A stretch of DNA of 56,189 nt, the filler included, from Sphacelaria rigidula (Eukaryota), in NCBI GenBank assembly GCA_964200075.2. It is 7 parts of 7 records of this genome, joined end to end, with 100 filler letters (N's around TTAATTAATTAA, not from the genome) between each part and the next. Parts side by side here need not be neighbours in the genome. Positions count along the whole stretch, not along the records: positions 1 to 7,942 come from CAXNAA020012898.1; positions 8,043 to 15,984 come from CAXNAA020012899.1; 5 more parts are not named here. One strand, written 5' to 3'. The position numbers were made by a program, and so were the translations under genes. Below the pieces are notes generated by a model. It did not search any database. It was not told where the DNA came from and saw only the letters and a program-made list of their open reading frames with translations. Shown here piece by piece: positions 1 to 11,955 of this stretch (position 1 is its first letter; every line of letters starts with the position of its first letter).

Positions 1-1042
1 CATCACTACACAGTCAACGGTCATCATCCTGCTGATCACTACATAGCACATCATGTAGGCGATATTTCGTCACAGAGACATAATATCGTGGAGCAGCGCA
101 CGGGTGACCGGACGCGGTACGTTAGCCTTCAGGAGCCAATAACCGTTAATATGTCGTCGGCCGTGCAACTCGACGGGATTTTGGTTTTCGATGTCAGGCT
201 CTTGAATGTTGAGGTGCTGGCTCAAGGAGATTCGTCAGCTTGTTGGCACACTAGAAGACTCATTACTTCAAACATCAACAGGCAGGCCCAAGCAGATAAC
301 AGTAAATACCCACGGTCATCGCATCGAAAACACCACTTAGTTCGTTTTAAGGTAACTTGAGGGAGTGGCGAACGGATGTACAAGTACCTCGAGGACACAG
401 CATGTCCACCAAATAGTCAAACGACGCGTGGAATTCCGGGACCAGCTCGTGGACGTCGATGGGGTGATCCTGTGCCAAGGAAGGTTTGACCCGCAGCATG
501 GCGGGGAGTCAATTCGATATCTCCAGACACGATATGTTACTTCCTTCCATACACGCACGTAATGGCAATTGGAGTTGGACATGCTTTTGGCGTTAGCATC
601 TCTTGTCCCTGGCGTGACGATAGGTATTCTCGATGAATGACTGAATGAGCAGCGCCGTATACCGATTGCCCCTGTTCTCTCGTTTTTAGCTGTGCAAGAG
701 TGTTTCTATTTTGCTCAGGTGTTGCTTCCGCCTTATTCCTGTTTTTCCTTCGTTGACCACTTTTGTTGCTCTTTCGAAGCCTCAAAATAAAGATCGGGTG
801 TCGAATGAGTGGCGTGACACTGCTGCATAACAACTGGACACGTAGTGTCTCGCGCGATTTCCTTCCGCAACGAGCGAACTTCTGACTTTGACGCAACCTC
901 ACTGTCTTGACTAATACACATTGAATACTGAGCGCGATTTCGCTGAATCAAAACAAAGGTCGCCATTCACCACGTCTATTCCTTGACACACGAAGCACCG
1001 AAACAAAAATTTAAGAGTTCCACCTTCAGTCGAACATCGTAC

Positions 1043-1296
1043 CTATACCGAAATAAATACGGATATCCTGCACATGTGTCCGTTCACACCAATCTCATCG
1101 TTCCTGCGACAGAGCATCCATGGCTCACCGTCTTCCAAATTATACGCCTTTGAGTGATCGACGAGCGTTTGAGAGAAATAGGCATCGCGGAACAACAGCT
1201 GCAGCACCGTGTGCAAATGGCCCCGGTTCTGACCTTGGTCATGACTCAGTCCCCTGTCATGAAACGGACGAACGGCAGATCGAGTATCAAGGTCAG
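1043..1296 (-). pseudogene. Exon-like remnant encoding a USP/peptidase C19-like Cys box with the catalytic Cys replaced by Gly
   Basis: Minus frame reads RGLSHDQGQNRGHLHTVLQLLFRDAYF (1255-1175). This fits the spacing of the USP Cys box G-L-x-N-x-x-G-x-N-x-C-[FY]-L-N-S-x-x-Q-x-L. A candidate acceptor (GTGCACAG|) lies at 1297. Downstream frames contain stops. Confidence 0.45.
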
Positions 1297-1343
1297 CTGT
1301 GCACGCCGGTAGGTACGGTGTAATGTGGTCAACACTGCACGAA

Positions 1344-1784
1344 ACAGCCGACCATCGAAATGGAGGATGGAGCTTTTCATTGAGGATGAGAACCGGGAGG
1401 ATCCAAATCTTCGTTTTCACACAATTTTTTTTTAATATGGGTCCATTCCTTCACCTACTGGTAGCTTTTGACAACTGCTGCACGCCCTACGAATTTAGTT
1501 TTTGATAGCCGGAATGTTGGGGTTCTAGATAAAGAAGCACTTTTGAGGAATTTAGGTGATCCGATCGGGTCACTGACATTCCTCGAAACTGTTTTTTCCC
1601 CTAGGACCCCAATTATCGGTTATCAAAATTCAAATTTGTACGACATGAGGTAATTGTCAATAGCTACCCGTAGATGAAGGGATGGAGGCATATTTCGAAG
1701 ATTTGTTGTGGATACGAGGATTTTAATTCTACGGGTTCTCATCCTCAATGAAAAGCTCCATCCTCAATTTCGATGATCGGCTGT
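1344..1784. mobile_element. Foldback (whole-length palindromic) MITE
   Basis: Left end ACAGCCGACCATCGAAATGGAGGATGGAGCTTTTCATTGAGGATGAGAACC is almost exactly the reverse complement of the right end. Imperfect arm symmetry continues to a CCGATCGG centre at 1561-1568. No clear TSD. Confidence 0.85.
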
Positions 1785-2041
1785 CACAAGGTCAACGGTA
1801 CACACTAACCCACACGCACTGTACAAGCTATTCGTTGGCTCAGAAACATATCAACCAGCGGTCATTGTCGCTGCTTTTTTGAGCTTGCGAAAACAAACGT
1901 ACGCCAAGGACATTTTCGCTACGAACATTTCGCAACACCAGAACCGCAAGACTGGGCGACGACAACGTTATATAGACGAGAAGCTATTCGTGGACGTCGA
2001 TACCGTCCGGCTCGCGACCGCTACTGTTAGCTGAGACTCAC

Positions 2042-3165
2042 GTCCGACACCCCATGCCTAGTGAGCCGCCTGCCCTCCGTCGAACACTGGGCAACGCAGC
2101 ACTGCCTTTTTCCTGACCTCCTTTTCCCGAATTTCCTCCACCTTGCGCATCGGTTGATACCCCCCCAGACCCACCGCCTTTGGGGCCAGGCGCTTGGCCA
2201 TTACAGGTGCCTTCCGTCTCCGACTCGTTCAGAGCATTACCTACACCGCCGCCGGTGTTATCCGCGGCACCGTTTCCTGGGCTAGGCGTGGCGCCACCGC
2301 CTTTCACGTCCAACCCGGTTTTTCCTCCTTCACTGGCCGTGGCGGCGTCATCCTGCTCCTTGTCGCATGGCAAGGTTGAAGGAAGCGACGGAACCGATGG
2401 AGTTTTGCCTCATGGACTGTACGCTTGGACTACTCTTCAAGGCCAAGTCGCTTGATGGCAACGCTGAAAAAGGTGTTGATAGTATGATACACTACAACCT
2501 TTTCTGGATATTGTTTTCTACCTACTATTGTATGCCCCCCCGTACGACCGATGAGGCCTGCAGTGGCGGCGGGGCTTGAACAAAACGCCATCGACTCCCA
2601 TCACGGCTCACAACATCCCTCATCGTACCCCGCGCTGTCAATTGCGGACATCCTTGAGCTCTAGTCTCGACCGCCACGCCAGTCCTAATTCACATTGCGT
2701 GGTAAGATGCCAACCTCACCTCCATGACCCCGGCCTGCACCGAGACAGTGTTCGGGGTGCCCTCGATTTTCCCCCCCGTGTTCTTCCTGGGTTCAGGTCC
2801 TCCCTTCTCGGCAGCACGACCCCACGTATTCCAAAGGCAATAAAACCTCGCGACACATACTCCGACAAGGAGCGCGACACCACCCGCGCAACACGGTAGC
2901 AAGGCGGTGCCATTCGATCCAAGTTCGGCGACATCGCTTGAATCCATCTCGTTTTCACAACTTTCGGCTACATGAGAGTCCGACACCCCGGCCGCCATGC
3001 CGTTGCTCGTCATCGACGTATGCCAGTCCACACACACGTCGGCAGCGTCTGACTCCGCACCACGCGCTTCGGTGGTAGACGCGGGGGTTTCGGTTGGCAT
3101 CGGCTCAACCGGTCCATGCCACTTCGTCACCTGCAGTTGTCCTGGCGCCCTAGTACTCTTGGCGA
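2042..3165 (-). pseudogene. Two exon-like low-complexity segments (about 3165-2694 and 2463-2042), possibly upstream exons of the same decayed gene
   Basis: Branch-like CTAAC plus GTTTTCAG acceptor before 3165; TTTTTCAG acceptor before 2463; GTGAGT donor at 2041. Gly/Ser/Ala-rich open frames 2690-3352 and 2038-2373. Phases do not join cleanly. Confidence 0.3.
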
Positions 3166-4064
3166 CTGAAAACATGCGTATGCAGTTGTCGGTGGTGTGC
3201 GTTAGAAAACTGAACTTAAGCCGTAGGAGGAACCAGGTGACGTTTTTGCGATGGAGGCCAAACACACAGCGATTCCAGGAGTACACAGTAGGGTTAGGTT
3301 TTACGTTGTAACCACGGAAGTCGAGTCTCCCAGAGCGCTGCTGAAATGGCAACTAGGCACATTGACATGATGTTCTGGTCGGTCTGCCTACGATGTGGTA
3401 TCATGTTGGATGCTATATTATACTAGTCAAGTCGGGGTATGTTGTTGATACACTACATGTTCAGGGAAGGATTGACATGGCCTAAAAATACTAACCGGTG
3501 TCTGACGTGCAGCACTGCCAGCTAAAATTACAAGCTACGCTCGCAGCACTCTTTTCGGTACGCACCAGGGGGGCCAACCAAGATTTCAGAAACACAAAAG
3601 CGTTGCACCTTGTTGCAAAAATCTAGACGATGCAGTCTATATTTGTCATGTTTGAATGAAGTTGTTGCAACAAGAGATAGCGGTACAATCTGTTGCGTTT
3701 CAACGAAACCATGAACCACGTAAGACTGTTTCATAAGTATCCTTTTCACGGAGAGTACCTTTTTTGTGTTGATTTGTAGTCTACCTGTGTGAATGACGTT
3801 TCAGGTAGGATACTGCTACAGTAGGCGTGTTGCCATGATTTGTCAACGAAAGATGCTCCAGCAGAGTATTTAGGCCACGTAAGTTACAGGATATCTTGTG
3901 TGCAACTTTGCAGTTAATCTAAGCTAACAAGGCTACCGCGTCAACAATAGCGAGGTTGAATTGAATGATACTATTGTGTCGAAAAAAGAAGAGGGGGGAT
4001 GAGACCGAAACGTAACAACTTTGAGTAAAAAACTCTCCGAATCCTTGCATTATCGTGCAATCTT

Positions 4065-4310
4065 TATCTGAGATAGCATGAAAACCTAGGACATCTAGTC
4101 TCAGATATCATATCAATCAGGGACGTCAATCTGGGATATCAATGTCCATCTGAGACATGGAGATCCATCGGGGATTTGGACAACCGTCTGAAATATGGAC
4201 GCCCATCTCGGATGTGGATATCCTTCTGGAATGTCCATCTAAAATGCCCTTGTCACAGATGCACATCCCAGATGGATGTCCCAGATGACGATGGTGCCCC
4301 AGATGAAGGT
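4065..4310. repeat. Degenerate short-period repeat of GATGTCCATCT / AGATGGACATC-type motifs
   Basis: Recurrent gtccatct, ggatgtcc and catcccagat motifs in both orientations. Confidence 0.55.
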
Positions 4311-4392
4311 TGGGCCATGATGCAAGACCGTGGGCTTTCCACGAAGTATACAATGAAAGTGAAGCCAGTCGTCGTACGCTACACTAACACCC

Positions 4393-4588
4393 GAGATTTC
4401 GGTGTTCAGTCGACCCCTACTGCAGACAATGGTCTTCATCGCACGTGCGCATTAGTGTGCTCAAATTGATTCATCAGACAAACTAGGAAAGAGATTTCGG
4501 TGTTCAGTCGACCCCTACTGCAGACAATGGTCTTCATCGCACGTGCGCATTAGTGTGCTCAAATTGATTCATCAGACAAACTAGGAAA
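4393..4588 (+). repeat. Perfect tandem duplication, 2 x 98 bp
   Basis: GAGATTTCGG...CTAGGAAA at 4393-4490 is repeated identically at 4491-4588. Confidence 0.95.
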
Positions 4589-5445
4589 GCACGGAGCAAG
4601 GTTACATCAAACATTTGAGCAGTCTATGCGCATGCGGCACTGAGAACGACGCCTTTGTTTGTAGCGCTGATCGAAGGTGGGGGCCCTCGGCTTTCATATG
4701 TGTTACAGAGGGGATCATTTTCCACACATGTCGCGCTCCAGAAGTAGTCCCAAACTTGATACCAGAGGTTCCTCGAACAAGTGCGGATGTACGTCAATTT
4801 GCGTGTTGCGACGCTTTTCGAGAAGGAGGTCTGAACGGCAGTTTGTAAGGCCACAACTACATTCCCGTCGACGTGCGCGTCGATCGATACTCCCGACGAA
4901 CCAGTGCACCGCCCACGAAATAAGGTATAAGCAATGGGGCATCGCGGGTTTTGCTCATGAGACAGAAAAGTATTCGTGCCATGTATCTACTTCGTGGATA
5001 CATCTGCACTCGTTTGGACTGCGACCCACCGCCCTCTCATCCATGCAACCAGCCTTCCCCCGATCATCTTAGCTACCCACGCGCCAGCGATTGCCGACGC
5101 CGCACTGGCAGCTGCCGCCACCGCACCGTCTAACATCCCCGAGAGCAGCATTGTGGTTGCCTGCAGAGATATAGAGGAATACATTCGCCGGCAGGGGATT
5201 AGCCAGAGTAAGATGCCCAAGGCGATGGTTCAAAGGTTGAGCTCGTCCAGTGTACAGTGGGAAGCTGCGTCTCGTATTGTAGGGTAAAAGTCAGTGGCAC
5301 TCGTGTTTCCATCATCACGCAACGAGGGCGTTCGATATGGTACCTGGACACAATATATAAGCGGTGAAGAGTAGTATGATATGTCCCTTGTGTCGTATTT
5401 GTCTGGGAGCGCGAGAAAAAGAACACCACAAGACGACAAAAAATA

Positions 5446-7093
5446 CAGGGCTCTTTACGTTACACGTTAGACGTTACGTCACAAATGTGACGTATAAAAA
5501 CAATTACGTTACGTCACGTCACAGTTTTGTGCGGGTACGTTACGTTATGTCACACTTGTGACGTATTAAATTTTTTTACGTTACGTTACGTCACAGTAAT
5601 GTATTTTGAAACGTTACACGTCACAATAAACGTTACACGTCACACAATTACACGTTAATGACGCGTAACGTAATTTGACACGTTACGTTTGTGACGTGCA
5701 ACGTATTTTGGAACGTTATTGTGACGTGTAACGAAAAAATTACATTATGTTTGTGACGTGTAACGTAAAATAACGCGTTGCACTTCGACCGTGTTGAGGG
5801 CAAATGAACGCTACGTACGAATTGTAAGGTTTCATGTACCGCAACTTGATGTGGGAGGTTCACGGTGGCTGCCTTGTTCGAGCATGAGGCGTGTTCTGCT
5901 CGCTATGTTGACATGTAAGAAAGCGTCGTTTCAGCTCGTGTGTCGCTCATGCGTCCCTGACTCACACGTTATTGAAATTTCGAAGAAATACATGAGTACC
6001 TTACAGTATTGATGCACGATAATTAGATAGTGAGATATCAAGATGTGCGCAGGCCATGATGTACACGTACAAACGCAAGTATGTACAGATTATACCTTAC
6101 TGATACCTGGGAGTCGGTTGACATTTTGTAGGACACCCAACACATAGCAATCCGATTATGTACTGTTAGGATTATTTGCTCTCTCAGCAGGGCGTGTATG
6201 CAGAAGATCTATGTTCTGTATAATATGGAATGCACATGCACTGGTGATCCGGTACGAATCCAGCCGCGTTCGCAGGGCGGACATCATGAAGGTAGAAACA
6301 CATCATGACTCATTGTGCCAAGAATAGAGACAACGACTGACACAAAACCGTTCGAACAAAGACGAGCGGCAGAAAAACAGGGAAACAAAACAACCCCAAC
6401 ATACGAAAACAAAGCAGAATCAACAAAATGAATATCAAAACTACCGAACAGAAGTGAAGCCACCGAATTTGTCCACGAGGTCACAAGCTCGTGGATGTCA
6501 CCCTTCGCACCTCTTCAAAGGCACAAGGTCTCTGATTACTTCGTAGTCCATATTTTGATACTAGTGACACCAATAAGTAAAGCGGCACACGTCAACTCAA
6601 AATAATGCATACTGTGGTTGGGTGTGGAGTGGCGGTGCGAGCTGCCGTGGCGCTGAACTTGCGCTCACATCGCGTGTGTGTCATGATGACGTATGCACAC
6701 TCTTGTTGAACCCATGTATCATACGAGTCGTATTATGCGAGTATCACATATGCTAATCTCACACTAATTGTGGTACAAGTTTAGCGTGTGACGGTCGTGA
6801 CGTTTCATGTGACGTTTAACGTATTTTGTGACGTGTAACGTGAATAATACGTTACACGCTACGGGAAACGTTTCAAAATACGTTACTGCGACGTATAAAA
6901 TAAAACACGTCACGTCACATTTGTGACGTATTGAATTATTGAACGCTACGTCGCGTGACATTTTTTCACCGGTACGTTACGTTACGTCCCACTTGTGACG
7001 TATTCGAAAAACATACGTGACGTTACGTCACACCCTTGTGACGTACGTTTGTAACGTGTAATGTACGTGGAACGTGTAACGTAAAGAGCCCTG
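5446..7093. mobile_element. Non-autonomous hAT-like DNA transposon (1,648 bp)
   Basis: Perfect 23-bp TIR CAGGGCTCTTTACGTTACACGTT. 8-bp TSD AAAAAATA/AAAGAATA (7/8). Dense subterminal GTCAC/GTAAC/ACGT repeats at about 5446-5780 and 6785-7093. Confidence 0.92.
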
Positions 7094-7942
7094 AAAGAAT
7101 ATCACCACAAGGCGGGAAAACAAGCACCATAAAGTGAGAACCTTTGCTTGGCTGGAGGAGGGCCGCGATCAGGGCACAGGCATACATTGTCAAACGGTAC
7201 GTAGTCTTGGAAACGGACTTTTTACCAGAAAGATGATTCAGATACTCTGCACGGACGAAGTTGAATTGGACAAGAAGCGGAACACAACGTCGAGCCGGTG
7301 TCACGCCATTGTTTACCCTGCACTACTTGCTACTGGCACCAGTACGAGCCAACTGACTGGCATCGAAAACGGCATGACCAATTGTAAAATATCTCATACC
7401 GTATAGATATATGAGCCAACTACGCAACCACATTTCCTATAACAGCACAGTTGAAATGGAATAAGGCCGGCAGTGCGAGTTAGCGCATGTAAACTCGTCT
7501 TCACACCAGATTCTCGCTCGGTGTTGGCAGTTGGAGAATGCTGGCAAATTCGATGGTACCGAGCGACAAGCACAGGGTTTGCGGCTGCCGTCCCTTCTAT
7601 GATGTGAGAAGATAAACCTGTCCCACCGAACCGAAAGCCAGTTCGTGAGGACTGCTGCCGCAACATAGAAGCCAATCGAAGTCATCGTGCACACCCTTCC
7701 ACGGAGCCCCTTTAAATGTGTAGAGGGAAATGTACCAATTAAGATACAGAGCCAATTAAGATACAAGTTGTTTTAATCGTTCATATATCCGCGAAGTACT
7801 AACCGTTTTCCGTTCTGTTTTTTCTGCGTGTGCACAAGAGCACGGCGCTTTGTTTGAGCTGCTGTATGTGTCTCAAGCATCCGATTACGTAGTCTTACAG
7901 CACTGCGAGTAAGCGCGTATGTGTCATCCTCCAAAATCAGCT

Positions 7943-8042
7943 NNNNNNNNNNNNNNNNNNNNNNNNNNNNNNNNNNNNNNNNNNNNTTAATTAATTAANN
8001 NNNNNNNNNNNNNNNNNNNNNNNNNNNNNNNNNNNNNNNNNN
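7943..8042. other. Artificial 100-bp linker (N44-TTAATTAATTAA-N44); identical linkers at 15985-16084, 24026-24125, 32067-32166, 40108-40207, 48149-48248
   Basis: Six identical linkers spaced 8,041-8,042 bp apart. TTAATTAATTAA gives stop codons in all six frames. The fragments between them are all 7,941-7,942 bp. Confidence 0.97.
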
Positions 8043-8268
8043 GTTACCAGCAGACACGAAAATGTTTTGATATTATAAATGTGCACAACGTTTGAGTTGC
8101 AGATGAGCACTTACTTTGCCCGCGATTGGGCACATTTATACAACGCGTATACTGTATCTACATATTGTCGCAATTCATTCTGTACTGCGACACACGAGGG
8201 GGAGAGGTTGCAAACGGTAATTTTGTGGACGTGGTGTTGCGAAAAAGAGTATCCAACAAACCCGATCT

Positions 8269-8622
8269 ACCCGGTGACTCAGTTGGTAACCTCGAAACCT
8301 TTTGACGGTTGAGTGGTGACTTCAAATCCCGGAGGGTTCTTGGATTTTTTTCTCACACCATGCCCATAGTGGAGAGCAAATTTGTCGTGGGTACACAAAA
8401 TTTGAATTCACGGTCGACGAGGGAAAGGGACTGCTGTACCCCTCTCGGGAAAAAGATAAAGGCAAGCACCTCGGACGGAAGGTGGAGTACCAAAACAAAA
8501 CAAAACAAGAAAAAAACCCTGTGTTGACCTTCCTTCTGTGTGACCCCGGCTAGTGCGCCCACATGTACCGAAAGGTTGTAGACCGGCGTCCAGAATAGAT
8601 GGGACGACAACGCACACACACA
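8269..8622 (+). mobile_element. tRNA-derived SINE, copy 1
   Basis: A-box-like GGTGACTCAGTTGG, degenerate B box, and a CA-rich tail. Colinear over ~350 bp with 50181-50537. Confidence 0.8.
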
Positions 8623-9547
8623 ACATCGAGGTAGCGGCAGTCATGACATGTAATTGAGGTGATATCAGCACTGTGTTAGAAATGGTCCCCGTTCCCGAAG
8701 TTGTGCCCTGCAAGGGCAGGTCCATGCAAACTTCTGGGTGCCAGGCGCGCGCGCCCAAGCTACGTTAACCCCTTGCAAGACTCCTGGAATCTGCGGCACA
8801 TTTGCAGCGCCGGTACCCTCAGCTCTTTGATCTTTACTTGCTGCTTCTGTGGGTATCTTCTCTACTTGCTTCGACTTACCCCTCCCACCTACCGTTTCGG
8901 TACACCCGGCGCAGGCCGACGTGACTGGCAAACACGTGCGGTGCAGTACAGCAGCTACTTATGCCATCATCCAGCCATCAAAGGGGTACCCCCCCTATGA
9001 AATTGGGTACCCCCCTCCAACCCCAGAATGAGGTTTTGCGGCGAAAGAGGGGGTGGTGCATGGATTTCCAGATATGGGGCCCCTCGAGACAACAAGCAAT
9101 TTGAAAGTTGGAATACACAAGGGAGGAGCAGCAAATATACCCCCCCCGCAAAGCCGAAAAGGCTTTTCGAATTTTGTCAATGTTCATTGATCAACTTCTC
9201 CCAACAAAGTCAACAGACATATATCCAAAAAAACAGCATAATTAAAAAAAAAAGTCCCCTCTGGCATCTGAGGTCATCGAGACAGAGCGGGCAAGGAGCA
9301 GAAGCAGATGTACGAACCCCGCAAAGTCCACCAGACTTTTCGTTTTTATTCAGCGTTTTTTTCAACAATTTCTTGAAACAAAATGAAGGGAAAAACTCAA
9401 ATTCGTGTGCATTGATCAATTTCTTACGGCAAAGATGACAAAAAAAAGTCGAAAACATCATGACAATTTTCCGAAAAACACGCGCTGGGAGAGAGGGGGA
9501 GGGGGGGGGGGGCATTTGGTGTTTGAAAATCTTCTCCGCGCTGCCCC

Positions 9548-9811
9548 CTGGTCCGAGGTGAAAGACCATTCTTGGGAAATTTAGGCGATCCGATCGGACT
9601 ACCCAAACCTCCAAAATTGGTTTTTCACCAAGGGTCCGAACATTCCGGTTCGCGAAACCAAATTTGTAGCGCGTGTAGCAGTTGTCAGTAGCTACTAGTA
9701 GGTCAAGGAATGGAGCCCATGTTTCGAAGATTTGGTATGGATACCAAGATTTTCATCCTCCGAATTCTTACCCTAAATGAAAAGCTCCATCCTCAATTTC
9801 GATGAAAGGCT
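9548..9811. mobile_element. Centre and right arm of the foldback MITE family seen at 1344-1784
   Basis: Shares GATCCGATCGG centre and ATGAAAAGCTCCATCCTCAATTTCGATG end. Confidence 0.8.
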
Positions 9812-11774
9812 ATTTGTACTATAGGCGCGCAACGCCCGCCACGATGTTGGCATTTTTTCGCACCTCAGAGCACTTGCTTCGGACAGGTACAGCGCCTTGC
9901 ACTAAGCCAAAAAAAAGGCGGGCACAGGTAGGTACGTGGCGTAATGTGCATTGAGTTGCTTCACATAACACTCCAGATATGTTTTGAATTACCTTCCGCG
10001 CGTACGAAAATTCCATCCGTACAAACATGAGAACACACGAAAAGGGCAGTGGTCGTGATTCATATGTCAAAAAAATGCTCGCTCGCTCGACTACAGAACA
10101 CGACGGACCGACGGCTCGAGTGGACGAGCCACGTCACACACAGAACATACAGGCGTTCGTCAAGATGAAGCAAAAGGCAGTGGCAGCACGAGCAAAAAAT
10201 AGACGCCAAAGGTCGCAGGACAGCCGCAACGACTTGCGCACGACCCGAGCTGGAGCAAAACCACAACCGATGGGCGGGCAAGATCGGACCGTCGGACCCC
10301 TTTTTCACATTGAGAAAATGAGGTGGTTTTGGGCCCTGCAAGTGCTTGCATAAGAAAGCGATGGTCATGGTTCATCTCGTCCATCTTTTCAGCCTCACGC
10401 GTTTGGCGAGAGTCCGAGCTTCACAACAGTGCGTAGCACCACACCCGTGTCGTCTATTTCTGCCTAGAAGAACACGGAGACAATTCACGGCATGGTGCAA
10501 AAGGCGTTTGTTCGAGCGGGACGAAAACTATATACATATGCACAATACACAACACGACCACTATAACAACATGCACTCTTCCTACTCGTGCAGTATCAAA
10601 ATGTTGGGGGGGAGGGGAAGAGAAAAATGTTGCGGCCGCCAAGCTCACTGGTTGAAGTCAAACGACGCATACCAGGCCAATCCGGCGTCTCTTTTTCGAC
10701 TTCGTGTTACATGCGGACGCCTCGGCAGTCAAGGATTGTCATACGCTCAGTGGTCAAAGAGGCGACACACCGCCAACATCCCCCCCAGGAGGACAGCTCG
10801 AAGTTGGCACTTGGTAGGCTCTTCACCACACCATGCCACGGCCGGTGGGGTAACGATTTCTGCGATCAAATTCATCAACTCAACAGCTTTCGGTTGACAG
10901 TGATGAGAAAAGAGTCGCTACCTGACACAACTCTCGTAGAACAGCCGAAACATGAAACAGCCTCCCTTGCTAGCAACCATCAGTTCATGAATCGCCAGGA
11001 GGAACGAACCGCCAGGTGGAAAAAAGTCGTCCCCGCTGACAGCCCATAGCAGCAATTGCCAGGTCACACGGCTCGCATGTACATAACAGTCGACAGCAAT
11101 TACAACCATTCATTTGACTCCGAGCAGCAACCGTCACGTCGCACACCCCGCAAATTCAAACACTCGTCACCTAACCGCTCTCAGGCAGGGGGCAGCCCTC
11201 ACACACAAAATAGTCCTTGATCAAGCAACGAATGCAGCAGTCAAATAGCAGGCAAGCTTAGTAGCGCCGTCGAGGCACGCCTCCCACGCGCCCCCCGTCA
11301 CCACCGTCCGTCAACGTTTCAGGTTCCTCTTCCTCATCCGCCTCTCGCACCTCCGTAGCAACCAGGCTCGCTCTCCGAGGTTCAACCTCGGGCTCGAGCT
11401 GCCAAGAAATAATAACAGGAACAACACATCGTGGCCAGTTTTGTTGGCGTAAGGACTCGGTGAGGAATTCTCCCACCTGAACAGCAGCGTTTTACACCTA
11501 GCTTCAAAGGGTTACTTCGCGTATCAGTGGAGGAGGGAGTGTGATGAAATTTCAAACAGTGCAGTATGTGAATCCATGTATGATAAATTCTCATACTTCG
11601 CAAGGTGTGGTGCATCTTTGATCGGCTCTATTAAGCCGCAAACTGACACTGATTCAGCATGTATTCGTTTGAATGCAGGGACAAATCTGCATTTGAGGAA
11701 CACGCAAGTGTTGTGTAACCTCGGCTATTCGAATACTTGAGAGCATGGGTCTCGTTTACTTGAATATTCTCACC

Positions 11775-11955
11775 TTGCGGGGGGGGGACGGAATCATTTG
11801 TTGCTTCCCACAATCATAGACCCATTGACCTTGCGTTGCGGGGGGGCGGAAGCATTTGTTGCTTGCCATAGTCACACGACAATTGATCTCGCATTGCAGG
11901 GGGGGTGGGGGGGAGGAATCATTTGTTGCTTGCCTTACTAGCCATTTGACCATCG
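11775..11955 (+). repeat. Diverged tandem repeat, 3 x ~60 bp
   Basis: TTGC-G(n)-GGAA(T)CATTTGTTGCTT...ATTGAC occurs three times. Confidence 0.75.

Noticed and set aside
7987-7998. TTAATTAATTAA as a biological motif
   Set aside because: It is embedded in Ns at a fixed pitch; a synthetic six-frame stop linker.
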